Shown: positions 19,547-28,752 of the stretch, piece after piece
Layout: every line of letters begins with the position of its first letter
Position numbering within the stretch: position 1 is the first letter of the stretch
DNA from: an uncultured Candidatus Saccharibacteria bacterium
Lineage (GTDB): Bacteria; Patescibacteriota; Saccharimonadia; Saccharimonadales; CAZVRA01
DNA: 64,000 bases
NCBI GenBank assembly: GCA_964630055.1
Contig: CAZVRA010000002.1
Coordinates: 15,021 to 79,020 of the forward strand
Direction: 5' to 3'
Translations under genes and position numbers: made by a program
The notes under the pieces: generated by a model
Seen by the model: the letters and a program-made list of their open reading frames with translations, nothing else
What the model was told of the DNA's origin: nothing
Database searches by the model: none

Positions 19547-20145
19547 TGGCTGTAAACATTGAAGATGTTAAAAGGTTAAAGAATCTAACAGGTGTTGGTT
19601 TAACTGATGCCAAAAAAGCCCTCGAGGAAGCCAATGGCGAGTTTGACAAAGCGCTAGAGGCTATGCGCAAAAAAGGTCTAACTAAGGCCGAAAAACGTGG
19701 CGAGCGCGAGGCTCGCGCCGGTGTTGTGGGCACTTATAACCACGACGGCCGCATTGGCGTATTGGTAGAAGTCAACTGCGAGACCGATTTTGTGGCTCGT
19801 AACGAAATGTTTACCGACCTGGTAAAAGATTTGGCCATGCATATTGCGGCTAGCGCCCCCGAATTTGTTAGCGCCGACCAAATTCCCGCCAGCGTTACCG
19901 AAAAAGCCAAAGCCGATTTTACCGAAAAAGTCAAAGCCGAAGGCAAGCCCGACAATATGCTGCCACAAATTGTTGACGGCATGATCAAAAAGCATTTTGC
20001 TGAGCGCTGTTTGTTGGATCAGCCATTTGTTAAGAACCCCGACCATACAGTTGGCGAATTTGTAAAAGAGCACATCGCCAAACTGGGTGAGAACATCGTA
20101 GTTCGCCGCATGGCTCGTATCGAGCTCGGTCAAGTTAGCGACTAA
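19546..20145 (+). CDS. tsf: Elongation factor Ts (short form)
   Basis: UBA-like N-terminus VKRLKNLTGVGLTDAKKALEEANGEFDKALEAMRKKG and VEVNCETDFVARN motif. 1-nt overlap with rpsB. Confidence 0.95.
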   Translation: MAVNIEDVKRLKNLTGVGLTDAKKALEEANGEFDKALEAMRKKGLTKAEKRGEREARAGVVGTYNHDGRIGVLVEVNCETDFVARNEMFTDLVKDLAMHIAASAPEFVSADQIPASVTEKAKADFTEKVKAEGKPDNMLPQIVDGMIKKHFAERCLLDQPFVKNPDHTVGEFVKEHIAKLGENIVVRRMARIELGQVSD

Positions 20146-20612
20146 TAATTAAATAATTGAGGCTTATCGGCTAGGTCGTCTGGTGGCTTTGACCAATCGA
20201 TATGCTTTAGAAAGTTTGGCAACAAGTTTATCGAGGCAGGTTTTACGAAGCAGCAGTCGTGAACTTCGCTAGCGCCGTGGCTGGTTTTTTGTATGTCGAT
20301 GTCCAAAAAGTCCTTGGTGTTGGTTACGCTAAAGAAAAATTCTATATAGGGCTGGCTTAAATTGTCTATTTGCTTGTTGAACCGACCAATAAACAGCAGC
20401 TGACCAATGCTGGCTTGCACGCCAGTTTCCTCGAATAATTCGCGGGCCAGGCCATCGGTTAACGATTCGCCATCGTCCAAATGGCCTCCAGGAATGCACC
20501 AATAGTCGTGTATATTGCGGTCTCGGCCAATTAGCTGCTGGGCAAAAAGCTTGCCCTCGCTCACAATTACACCACGGACGGTGACCCGAAACTGCTGTAT
20601 TGCCTCTGACAT
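20142..20612 (-). CDS. NUDIX hydrolase
   Basis: Nudix box GGHLDDGESLTDGLARELFEETGV. Confidence 0.85.
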   Translation of the reverse strand: MSEAIQQFRVTVRGVIVSEGKLFAQQLIGRDRNIHDYWCIPGGHLDDGESLTDGLARELFEETGVQASIGQLLFIGRFNKQIDNLSQPYIEFFFSVTNTKDFLDIDIQKTSHGASEVHDCCFVKPASINLLPNFLKHIDWSKPPDDLADKPQLFNY

Positions 20613-20677
20613 GAGGTCAATTATAGGGGTTTTAATTAATTTTTGCTACAATAGCAGAGTTATCAAGAAAGGACCAT

Positions 20678-21229
20678 ATGGATTTTCAAGTATACGAAGC
20701 CAAGTTTAAGCAGGCGCTAGATCGTTTAGCGGATGAGCTCAAAAAGGTTCGGACTGGGCGAGCGCACGCAAGCATGCTCGATGGTGTAAAAGTCGAAGTT
20801 TACGGTTCATCTATGCCGCTCAATCAGGTGGCCAATGTTACAGCTCCAGAGGCGCAGCTGCTGCAAATTACGCCGTTTGATCCAACCAATATGCAGGCTA
20901 TTGCTAGCGCCATCCGCGACAATCCTAGCCTAGGGCTTAATCCATCTGACGATGGTCGTGTAGTGCGTGTGCCAATTCCGGCTTTGACCGAAGACCGACG
21001 TCGCGAATACGTAAAAGTGGTTGGTGGCAAGCTCGAAGAATGTATGATTGCGCTGCGCAACGTGCGGCATGAAGCAATGGATAAAATTGATGCTGCCAAA
21101 AAGGACAAGACTATTGGCGAGGACGAAGCTAAGCGCCAGGCTCATAACATAGAAGATGCCATGGCAAAGGTCAAGGCTACTGCCGAGGCTAGCGCCAAAG
21201 CTAAAGAGCAAGAAATAATGACCATTTAG
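20678..21229 (+). CDS. frr: Ribosome recycling factor
   Basis: 183 aa with the typical RRF pattern (LKKVRTGRAHASMLDGVKV, IPIPALTEDRRRE). Confidence 0.95.
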   Translation: MDFQVYEAKFKQALDRLADELKKVRTGRAHASMLDGVKVEVYGSSMPLNQVANVTAPEAQLLQITPFDPTNMQAIASAIRDNPSLGLNPSDDGRVVRVPIPALTEDRRREYVKVVGGKLEECMIALRNVRHEAMDKIDAAKKDKTIGEDEAKRQAHNIEDAMAKVKATAEASAKAKEQEIMTI

Positions 21230-21247
21230 CCTAGAGTTAAAACTAGT

Positions 21248-21961
21248 ATGGGTCAAAATGAAAGCAGTAAAACCGACAGCCAAGATCAACTCCCAACGCA
21301 CCTAGGGCTTATTTTGGATGGCAATAGGCGTTGGGCCAAGCAAGAGGGTCTACCTAGCCTAGAAGGCCATAAACGCGGTTACGAAAATCTCAAAACTATT
21401 TGTCGAGCAGCTCTTAACCGTCAAATTAAATATATCAGCGCTTATGCGTTTAGCACTGAGAACTGGAATCGTAGCGCCGAGGAAGTTAGTTATCTTATGA
21501 AGCTGTTGCTTTGGGTGGCCAAAAACGAGGTCAAAGATTTACATAAGGATGGAATAAGGGTGCGTTTTGCCGGAAGCAGGCAGCGCTTGTCGGCCGATAT
21601 ACTAAAAGCCATAGATGCAGCTGAGTTAAAAACAAAAGCTAATAAAAAAGGTACTTTGGTGCTGTGCATTAATTATGGTGGTCACCAAGAAATTGCCGAT
21701 GCTTTTAACGGTATGCAAGCGGCGGGAGTCAAGGCCGCACAGCCGGCTGACATCGAACAATATTTGTATGCAGCCGATGTTCCGCCGATTGATCTGTTAA
21801 TTCGTACTTCTGGCGAGCAAAGACTTAGTAATTTTATGTTATGGCGAGCTGCATATTCGGAGCTGTATTTTAGTCCCAAATTTTGGCCGGCTTTTACTGC
21901 ACAGGACCTAGATATAGCTCTATCAGATTTTATAAATCGGCAGCGCCGTTTCGGCGAATAA
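21248..21961 (+). CDS. uppS: Undecaprenyl-diphosphate synthase (cis-prenyltransferase)
   Basis: GLILDGNRRWA motif, FSTENWNR and RTSGEQRLSNFMLW motifs. Confidence 0.95.
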   Translation: MGQNESSKTDSQDQLPTHLGLILDGNRRWAKQEGLPSLEGHKRGYENLKTICRAALNRQIKYISAYAFSTENWNRSAEEVSYLMKLLLWVAKNEVKDLHKDGIRVRFAGSRQRLSADILKAIDAAELKTKANKKGTLVLCINYGGHQEIADAFNGMQAAGVKAAQPADIEQYLYAADVPPIDLLIRTSGEQRLSNFMLWRAAYSELYFSPKFWPAFTAQDLDIALSDFINRQRRFGE

Positions 21962-22018
21962 TAAACTAAGCGGCGTTGTGAATTAGTAGCTTCGTAGCCC
22001 AATTCTTGTTATTGGATT

Positions 22019-23179
22019 GTGCTTAAACGTTTTGGAATATATAATAATTTTTATATGTCAGTAGTTTTGTTAATTTTGGGTCTAGTACTTTTTGTCGGTT
22101 TAGTTGTGGTGCACGAATTTGGTCACTATTTGGCTGCGCGCCGCGGCGGAGTAGACGTCGAGGAGTTTGGCATAGGCTTTCCGCCGCGCGTTTGGAGCAA
22201 AAAGCTCAAAAATGGCGTGCTGTTTACCTTAAACCTGACGCCGCTTGGTGGGTTTGTGCGCCTAAAAGGCGAGAACGACGATGATACCGCCAAAGGCAGC
22301 TATGGCGCTGCTCGGCTAAGCACCAAAGTCAAAATTATGACGGCTGGTGTAGCGATGAATCTGGCTATAGCTTTCTTGTTGCTGACGGTTTTGGCTTGGG
22401 TTGGCATGCCCAAACTAATCGAAAACCAATATACAGTTGCTAGCGATACCAAAACCAGCCGTAACGCTGTGCTGATTGGCTACATAGAATCTGGCTCTCC
22501 GGCTGATAAGGCCGGCTTAAAGGTCCGTGACCAAATAATTAGTCTTAAGTCCAAAGACAAAGATCTAGCAATAACATCGGCCGAAGATTTGCCAAAAGCA
22601 ACTTCCGAAATGGCAGGGCAGCAAGTAGTTGTAAAAGTTCAGCGCCAGGGTCAGTCATTGGACTTGCCGGTAGGTTTACGTACTGCGGATGAGGCTGCAG
22701 CCAGCAAAAAAACCGATAAACCCAAAGGCTATCTTGGACTTCAGCCGGCCGAATACACACTGCGGCAGTCTACTTGGTCAGCGCCGGTTGTAGCCGGCGG
22801 TCTAATTGGTCAATTTACTTCGGCTACCCTGAAAGGCCTGGGCCATTTGGTTGCAGGAATTTTTAAAGGACATGGTTCGGAGGCGACCAGTCAGGTGGCT
22901 GGTCCAGTCGGCATTTTTATGATCATAAAAGAGGGCAGTTTACTGGGCTATCAATCGGTGCTTATGATAATTGCTATTATATCGTTGACCTTGGCCATTA
23001 TGAATGTGCTGCCCATACCGGCGCTAGACGGCGGGCGATTGTTCGTGACTCTGCTTTTTAGGGCGCTTGGCAAAAAGCTGACAAAAGAGACCGAAAACAC
23101 CATCCACGGTGCCGGATTTTTGCTACTTATGCTTTTATTTGCAGTCATCACTGTCGTGGATATCAAGAGGTTCTTATGA
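22019..23179 (+). CDS. rseP: RIP site-2 metalloprotease RseP
   Basis: HEFGHY zinc motif in the first TM, internal PDZ (SPADKAGLKVRDQII), NVLPIPALDGG motif. The ATG at 22055 (MSVVLLILG) is the more likely start than the GTG at 22019. Confidence 0.85.
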   Translation: MLKRFGIYNNFYMSVVLLILGLVLFVGLVVVHEFGHYLAARRGGVDVEEFGIGFPPRVWSKKLKNGVLFTLNLTPLGGFVRLKGENDDDTAKGSYGAARLSTKVKIMTAGVAMNLAIAFLLLTVLAWVGMPKLIENQYTVASDTKTSRNAVLIGYIESGSPADKAGLKVRDQIISLKSKDKDLAITSAEDLPKATSEMAGQQVVVKVQRQGQSLDLPVGLRTADEAAASKKTDKPKGYLGLQPAEYTLRQSTWSAPVVAGGLIGQFTSATLKGLGHLVAGIFKGHGSEATSQVAGPVGIFMIIKEGSLLGYQSVLMIIAIISLTLAIMNVLPIPALDGGRLFVTLLFRALGKKLTKETENTIHGAGFLLLMLLFAVITVVDIKRFL

Positions 23180-24048
23180 TATTGGCTGCCAACGGGCAGG
23201 AGATCGGTGTTGGTGCATTTGTAATATCAATTTTTGTGTTAACAACTTTATTTGGTTTGGCGGCCTTTCTCAGGCGACCCACTCACAATCTGGACCACGC
23301 TCCGGGCAAGGTTGGTTGGCGACCCTGGGAGTCTATAACCGTAACAGTTGCAATTTTTCTTTTAGGCCAAATGGCTGGCGGTCTTATAGCCTACATTATT
23401 GGTTTGTTGGCTATGGGTAGCCACGAGGCCGCATTAACCTGGCTCGAGAAAGATGCCTTTGGTCAATTCTTGGCCATAGCCATAATCGAAATAATTAGCT
23501 TGCTCATGCTCGGAGGTTTCCTTAAACGGCGGCATAACAAATGGGCCGATATTGGGCTTAAAGACAAACCTAAATGGCGTGATCTAGCTTATATAGCGAT
23601 TGGTTTTGCGGTATATTTTGGCTTACTAATACTTACCACCTCTATTTTAAGCCAGGTATTTAGTGGTCTTGATACTAATCAAAAGCAAGAACTTGGGTTT
23701 GAGTCGGTCAGCGGGCTGCAGCTAATCTGGGTGTTTTTGAGTTTGGTGGTTTGGCCGCCGATTACCGAAGAGCTACTAGTACGTGGTTTTTTGTTTACTG
23801 GCCTTAGACGTTATTGGTCAGCTATTCCGGCCGCCTTGGTAGCTAGCTTACTCTTTGGGGCGGCTCATTTACAGCCAGGTTCCGACAAACCGCTGCTTTG
23901 GGTGGCAGCCATCGATACTTTTGTTTTGTCTTTGGTTTTGATATTTGTAAGAGTTCGAACCGGCAATTTGTGGGCGGCCATGGGCATACACGCCCTCAAG
24001 AACGGAGTCGCTTTTTTGGCATTATTTGTTTTTCATGTAGCCAAATAA
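23176..24048 (+). CDS. CPBP-family intramembrane glutamic endopeptidase
   Basis: Polytopic, with EELLVRGF and FGAAH motifs. ATGA overlap with rseP. Confidence 0.8.
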   Translation: MILAANGQEIGVGAFVISIFVLTTLFGLAAFLRRPTHNLDHAPGKVGWRPWESITVTVAIFLLGQMAGGLIAYIIGLLAMGSHEAALTWLEKDAFGQFLAIAIIEIISLLMLGGFLKRRHNKWADIGLKDKPKWRDLAYIAIGFAVYFGLLILTTSILSQVFSGLDTNQKQELGFESVSGLQLIWVFLSLVVWPPITEELLVRGFLFTGLRRYWSAIPAALVASLLFGAAHLQPGSDKPLLWVAAIDTFVLSLVLIFVRVRTGNLWAAMGIHALKNGVAFLALFVFHVAK

Positions 24049-24183
24049 AAAACAAAGTGATACAGTGTAGCTTGTGAATGTCTTGAGTCAACATAAACCA
24101 GTCGCAATTATTCTGCCGTTCCTTACTTAAGGACGGGGCTTGGCTTTTGCAAAATAACCAGTAAAATAGCAAACAACCACAAA

Positions 24184-24205
24184 CGGCCCCCAGGCCGATT
24201 TTTTT
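24184..24205 (+). terminator. Rho-independent terminator
   Basis: CGGCC-CCCA-GGCCG hairpin followed by an A and 7 T residues. Confidence 0.6.
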
Positions 24206-24244
24206 ATACAGCAGACAGATTTTAACAAATCACAGAAGGAAACC

Positions 24245-26017
24245 ATGAAAAGAAGTCAACTATTTATCAAAACTCGCAAGGAAGTTCCCGCCGATGAGCA
24301 GGCCAAAAATGCTCAACTTTTAATTAGAGCTGGTTATGCGCACAAGCAAATGGCGGGCGCTTATGCTTATTTGCCCCTGGGGCTTAGAGTTTTGGACAAT
24401 ATCAAGCAGATTGTTCGTCAGGAAATGAACGCAGTTGGCGGGCAAGAGGTAGCCATGACGGTGTTGCAGCCAAAAGAGCTGTGGGAGCGCACTGACCGCT
24501 GGGACGACGCAAAGGTAGATAACTGGTTTAAAACCAAACTAGCCAATGGTTCGGAGCTTGGCGTTGGGCTAACGCATGAGGAGCCAATTGTTGATATGCT
24601 GACCGAACATGTCGATTCGCACAAGGATTTGCCACTTAATATTTACCAAATTCAGACTAAGTTCCGCAATGAACTGCGGGCCAAAAGCGGCTTGTTACGT
24701 GGCCGAGAATTTGTCATGAAGGATATGTACAGTTTTGCTCGCAATCAGGCCGAGCACGACCAAATTTATGAGCAGCTGGCCGATGCTTACCATCGTGTTT
24801 ACAGACGGCTTGGCCTGGGCGACATAACTTATAGGGTGAGGGCCGATGGCGGCTATTTTACCGACCGTTTTAGTGACGAATTTCAGACTATTTCCGCCGT
24901 TGGCGAAGACACATTGTTTAAAGTGCCGGGCACCAATAATTACTATAACCAAGAGGTCGCGCCCAGCAAGGCACCAGAAATTAACTCCACAGAAGAGCCA
25001 GCCCCCATGCAAGAAGTGGAGGGCAAGGGGATTATAGGTGTGGCCGAACTAGCCAAGTTCTTAAAAATACCCGTCGATAAAACCACCAAAACCATGCTTT
25101 ACCAGACCGACGACGGCCAGCTAGTGGCAGCGGCTGTGCGCGGTGGCTACGATATAAACGAAATCAAGCTACGCAAAGTTCTGGGCGTTAAAAACCTGCA
25201 ACTGGCCAGTGAAGACGTTGTCCGCAAGGTCACCAATGCCGAAATCGGCTACGCTGGCTTATTAAATTTGCCGGCCGACGTCAAAATTATTGTCGATGAA
25301 TCGTGCGCCAACCGAGTAAACTTCGAAATGGGTGCTAACCGGACCAACTACCACACTATCAACATCAACTGGGGCCGCGACCTACCCGCACCCGAAGAAT
25401 TTTACGATATTAAACAGGCCAAACCCGGCGACCTAGACCCAGAAACTGGCCAAGTTTACGAAACTTGTCGCGCTGTTGAGGTGGGCAATATCTTTCCACT
25501 GGAATCTAAATACACCGATGCACTAGGTCTTTACTACACCGACACCGCCGGCAAAAAGCAGTCAATTATTATGGGCTGTTACGGCATTGGCATTAGCCGC
25601 CTGATTGGCGTTATAGCCGAACATTTTGCCGACGATCGCGGTTTGGTATGGCCGGCAGCCGTAGCACCATTTTTGGTCTATCTAATTAGCATTGGCGACG
25701 GCGAAGACAAAGAAGTAGCCAAACAAGCCCAGAACCTGTATGATAGCCTGGTGGCAAAAGGAATCGGCGTGCTGTGGGACGACCGCAACGAACGCCCGGG
25801 GGCCAAATTTGCCGATGCCGACCTTATGGGCATACCGTACCGAGTGGTCATTAGCGCCAAAACAATTGCTAACGGCCAGGTCGAACTAAAAGAGCGACAA
25901 AGTACCGACCCCCAAAACATAACCGAAGCCGAATTGTTAGACCGCCTAAGCAGCGTAGTTGGTGATTTAAAGAATAGTAATAACCCCCAAGCGGGCCAGA
26001 ACCAAGGTAAGGAGTAG
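24245..26017 (+). CDS. proS: Prolyl-tRNA synthetase (bacterial type with editing insertion)
   Basis: 590 aa with class II motifs (FRNELRAKSGLLRGREFVMKD, GCYGIGISRL). Start MKRSQLFIKTRKE is typical of ProRS. Confidence 0.97.
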   Translation: MKRSQLFIKTRKEVPADEQAKNAQLLIRAGYAHKQMAGAYAYLPLGLRVLDNIKQIVRQEMNAVGGQEVAMTVLQPKELWERTDRWDDAKVDNWFKTKLANGSELGVGLTHEEPIVDMLTEHVDSHKDLPLNIYQIQTKFRNELRAKSGLLRGREFVMKDMYSFARNQAEHDQIYEQLADAYHRVYRRLGLGDITYRVRADGGYFTDRFSDEFQTISAVGEDTLFKVPGTNNYYNQEVAPSKAPEINSTEEPAPMQEVEGKGIIGVAELAKFLKIPVDKTTKTMLYQTDDGQLVAAAVRGGYDINEIKLRKVLGVKNLQLASEDVVRKVTNAEIGYAGLLNLPADVKIIVDESCANRVNFEMGANRTNYHTININWGRDLPAPEEFYDIKQAKPGDLDPETGQVYETCRAVEVGNIFPLESKYTDALGLYYTDTAGKKQSIIMGCYGIGISRLIGVIAEHFADDRGLVWPAAVAPFLVYLISIGDGEDKEVAKQAQNLYDSLVAKGIGVLWDDRNERPGAKFADADLMGIPYRVVISAKTIANGQVELKERQSTDPQNITEAELLDRLSSVVGDLKNSNNPQAGQNQGKE

Positions 26018-26025
26018 GAGTAGTC

Positions 26026-26487
26026 ATGAAAAAGCAATTTTACTTAACCAAAAACGGCGTTGCCGAACTAGAAGCCGAATTAAAAGCCTTAATAAGCGAG
26101 CGTGGCCCAGTGGCCGAGCGAATCAAGGCCGCCCGTGAGTTTGGCGACCTAACCGAAAACGCCGAATACAGCTCGGCCCGAGCCGAGCAAGAAAACCTCG
26201 AAAACCGGGTATCCGAGATCGAGCACATACTACAAAACGTCGAGATCATCACCAAGCCAAAAGGCGACAGCAAAGTTCAGCTAGGCAGCACTGTTAAGCT
26301 CAAGGGCGAAGCTGGCCAGGCCAAAGCCTTTCAGGTGGTCGGCACCGTTGAAGCCGACCCACTAGATGGCAAAATTAGCGACGAATCGCCAATTGGCCAA
26401 GCCCTAATTGGCAAAAAAGTCGGCGACACCGTCGAAATCCAAACCCCTGTCGAAACCGCCTCCTACAAAATAACTAGTATAGAATAG
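26026..26487 (+). CDS. greA: Transcription elongation factor GreA
   Basis: 153 aa. EFGDLTENAEYSSARAEQ coiled-coil tip and a C-terminal FKBP-like domain. Confidence 0.95.
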   Translation: MKKQFYLTKNGVAELEAELKALISERGPVAERIKAAREFGDLTENAEYSSARAEQENLENRVSEIEHILQNVEIITKPKGDSKVQLGSTVKLKGEAGQAKAFQVVGTVEADPLDGKISDESPIGQALIGKKVGDTVEIQTPVETASYKITSIE

Positions 26488-26491
26488 GGTT

Positions 26492-28009
26492 ATGGCGAAT
26501 CTTAAAGAACTGCGTGATGAACGGCTGCGCAAGCTCGATGAGCTGAAGCAGCTTGGGTTCAATGCTTATCCGGCCAAGGCCGAGCGGACTCATATGGCGC
26601 AGGATATTGTTGATCGGTTTAGCGAGCTAGAAGGTCAGCCGGCGACAATTGCTGGGCGGATTGTCGGGATTCGCAAATTTGGCAAACTGGCGTTTATTGT
26701 GCTGCGTGATTATAGCGGTGAGTTGCAGTTGTTTATCAAGGCCGATTCTCTGGCCGCAACCGATAGTCAGGCCGGGATTATTGGTATTGAGCAGCTCAAT
26801 TTGCTCGACACTGGCGATTTTGTCCAGGCTAGCGGCAATATTATCAAGACCAAAACCGGCGAGATTTCGCTCGACACCAACGCGCTGCGGCTGCTGACCA
26901 AGAGCCTACGGCCACTGCCGACCAAGCAAGAAGGCTTCACCAACAAAGAGGAGCGGCTGCGCCGGCGCTATGTCGATATGAATGTCAATCTGGACGTGCG
27001 CGACCGGTTTGTCCGCCGCAGTCACTTTTGGCAAGCGACGCGGGCGTATCTGTTGCAGCAGGGATTTGTCGAAATAAACATCCCGGTGCTGGAACAAACC
27101 GCTGGCGGGGCAGACGCCAATCCGTTTGTGACTCATATGGACGCCCTGGATCAGGACTTTTACCTGCGCATCAGCCACGAATTGCCCCTGAAGCGACTGC
27201 TGGGGGCAGGGTTCGAAAAGGTTTTTGACATTGGCCCGCGCTTTAGGAACGAAAACTACAGCGACGAGCACCTGCCGGAACATGTCGCCATGGAATGGTA
27301 TTGGGCTTATGCCGACTGGAATGACGGCATGCGCCTGACGCAGGACATGGTTTGCTACATTGCCGACAAAACTTGGGGCAAGCGGCAGTTTAGGCTGGCC
27401 AACGGTCAGGAAATAGATTTGGGTACCGATGGCGCGGATTGGCCGCGGATTAGTTTTGTCGAGATAATGCAACAAAAATACGGCCTGGATGTGTTTGATT
27501 GTACGCTCGAGCAGGCGGTGGCGGAGCTGCGCAAGATTGGTGGCGAGGTCGAAAAAATCGACAACCGCTCCCGCGTCCTGGACAAGCTTTGGAAAAAGAT
27601 CCGGGTTGATATCGCCGGACCGGCCTTTTTGGTCGATGTGCCAGCGTTTTTGCAGCCCTTGGCTAAGCTGCAGGCCGCCGACCCCCGGCTGACCGAACAG
27701 TTTAATCTGCTTTTGGGCGGCAGCGAAGCTTGCAAGGCCTACAGCGAACTAAACGATCCGATCGACCAATACAACAGGTTTGTAGCGCAACAACAGATGC
27801 GCGACGCTGGCGACGCCGAAGCAATGATGATGGACATCGACTTTGTCGAAATGTTGGAATACGGCATGCCGCCAGCTTGCGGCTACGGCCACAGCGAACG
27901 ACTGTTTTGGATGCTAGAAGCCGTCACCGCCCGGGAAGGCGTGCCGTTCCCACAGCTCCGCGCCGACACCGACTTGGCGGCCAAAGCGTTCTATACAGAA
28001 TTAGCTTAG
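26492..28009 (+). CDS. lysS: Lysyl-tRNA synthetase, class II
   Basis: 505 aa. OB-fold anticodon domain (GRIVGIRKFGKLAFIVLRD) and class II core (RISHELPLKRL, FRNENYSDEHLPE, GYGHSERL). Composition is visibly more GC-rich than its neighbours. Confidence 0.97.
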   Translation: MANLKELRDERLRKLDELKQLGFNAYPAKAERTHMAQDIVDRFSELEGQPATIAGRIVGIRKFGKLAFIVLRDYSGELQLFIKADSLAATDSQAGIIGIEQLNLLDTGDFVQASGNIIKTKTGEISLDTNALRLLTKSLRPLPTKQEGFTNKEERLRRRYVDMNVNLDVRDRFVRRSHFWQATRAYLLQQGFVEINIPVLEQTAGGADANPFVTHMDALDQDFYLRISHELPLKRLLGAGFEKVFDIGPRFRNENYSDEHLPEHVAMEWYWAYADWNDGMRLTQDMVCYIADKTWGKRQFRLANGQEIDLGTDGADWPRISFVEIMQQKYGLDVFDCTLEQAVAELRKIGGEVEKIDNRSRVLDKLWKKIRVDIAGPAFLVDVPAFLQPLAKLQAADPRLTEQFNLLLGGSEACKAYSELNDPIDQYNRFVAQQQMRDAGDAEAMMMDIDFVEMLEYGMPPACGYGHSERLFWMLEAVTAREGVPFPQLRADTDLAAKAFYTELA

Positions 28010-28033
28010 CAAAAGTAATAGAAGAAGCGGAAA

Positions 28034-28080
28034 TGTAAAGAATTGATATGTAAGTAAAGAATGTGCTATAATTCTTTACA
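28034..28080 (+). promoter_or_regulatory. Promoter/operator of the AbrB-PIN module
   Basis: GTAAAGAAT at 28035-28043 and 28054-28062, plus an inverted copy AATTCTTTACA at 28070-28080 (11-bp inverted repeat with 28034-28044). TTGATA (28043-28048), 18-nt spacer, TATAAT (28067-28072), then ATG at 28080. Confidence 0.55.
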
Positions 28081-28352
28081 TGAGCACAACTAATACAATA
28101 ATTGCCAAAGTTTCTTCAAAAGGTCAGGTGACTATACCCGCAGTTGCTCGTCGTAAGTACGGATTAAGGATAGGTCAACGTATTCAGTTCGACATGACCG
28201 GTGCCCGATTATCTGTCGTGCCAGAAAAGACTAACCAGCAGATTAGAGATTTGCTTAAGTCACAACCAACCCCAAATAAGCTTTCCGATCGCGAAACTGC
28301 TTTGTCGGAACGAGCCACAAAAGCATACAGACGCAAGCTGACAAAATCATGA
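28080..28352 (+). CDS. AbrB/MazE/SpoVT-type antitoxin
   Basis: 90 aa. N-terminal swapped-hairpin pattern AKVSSKGQVTIPAVARRKYGLRIGQRIQF. ATGA overlap with the PIN gene. Confidence 0.7.
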   Translation: MSTTNTIIAKVSSKGQVTIPAVARRKYGLRIGQRIQFDMTGARLSVVPEKTNQQIRDLLKSQPTPNKLSDRETALSERATKAYRRKLTKS

Positions 28353-28723
28353 TAATCGACACCAATATATTGTTGGATTTGTTGGTTCGGGATGGACAAC
28401 GAGGCGTAGATGAACTATTTGATAGCGCCAACAAGATAGTTATAACAGATACAATTTTAGCAGAGGCAGTATATGTTATGATTGGGCCGCAATTCAACTT
28501 TGCTAGGGACGATGTTGTTTCAGCCTTGTGCGCTGTATTAAAAAAGTCCAATGTTAAGCACTCTAGTCATGTAGGCGAGTCTTATTTACAGTTATATGCG
28601 CGCACTAATCTGGACTTGGCGGATTGTTATCTGATTGCGCTTGCGGTCAAAACCAAGCAGCCACTCAAAACGTTTGACCGTGCCATGCAACGCGCCTACC
28701 TGAAACAACTTAATGCTAAGTAA
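28349..28723 (+). CDS. PIN-domain toxin (VapC-like)
   Basis: 124 aa. MIIDTNILLD start, LAEAVYV, DLADCYL and TFDR acidic residues. Confidence 0.75.
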   Translation: MIIDTNILLDLLVRDGQRGVDELFDSANKIVITDTILAEAVYVMIGPQFNFARDDVVSALCAVLKKSNVKHSSHVGESYLQLYARTNLDLADCYLIALAVKTKQPLKTFDRAMQRAYLKQLNAK

Positions 28724-28752
28724 TATTGTCGACTTTGTATTAAAATAAGCAT

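Noticed and set aside
26906-27475. 189-aa ORF on the minus strand, plus the 109-aa ORF at 27406-27735 (minus) and several + strand alternative-frame ORFs, all inside lysS
   Set aside because: They lie entirely antisense to, or out of frame with, a full-length and well-conserved LysRS. Their Arg/Pro/Ala-rich composition is typical of shadow ORFs in GC-rich DNA.
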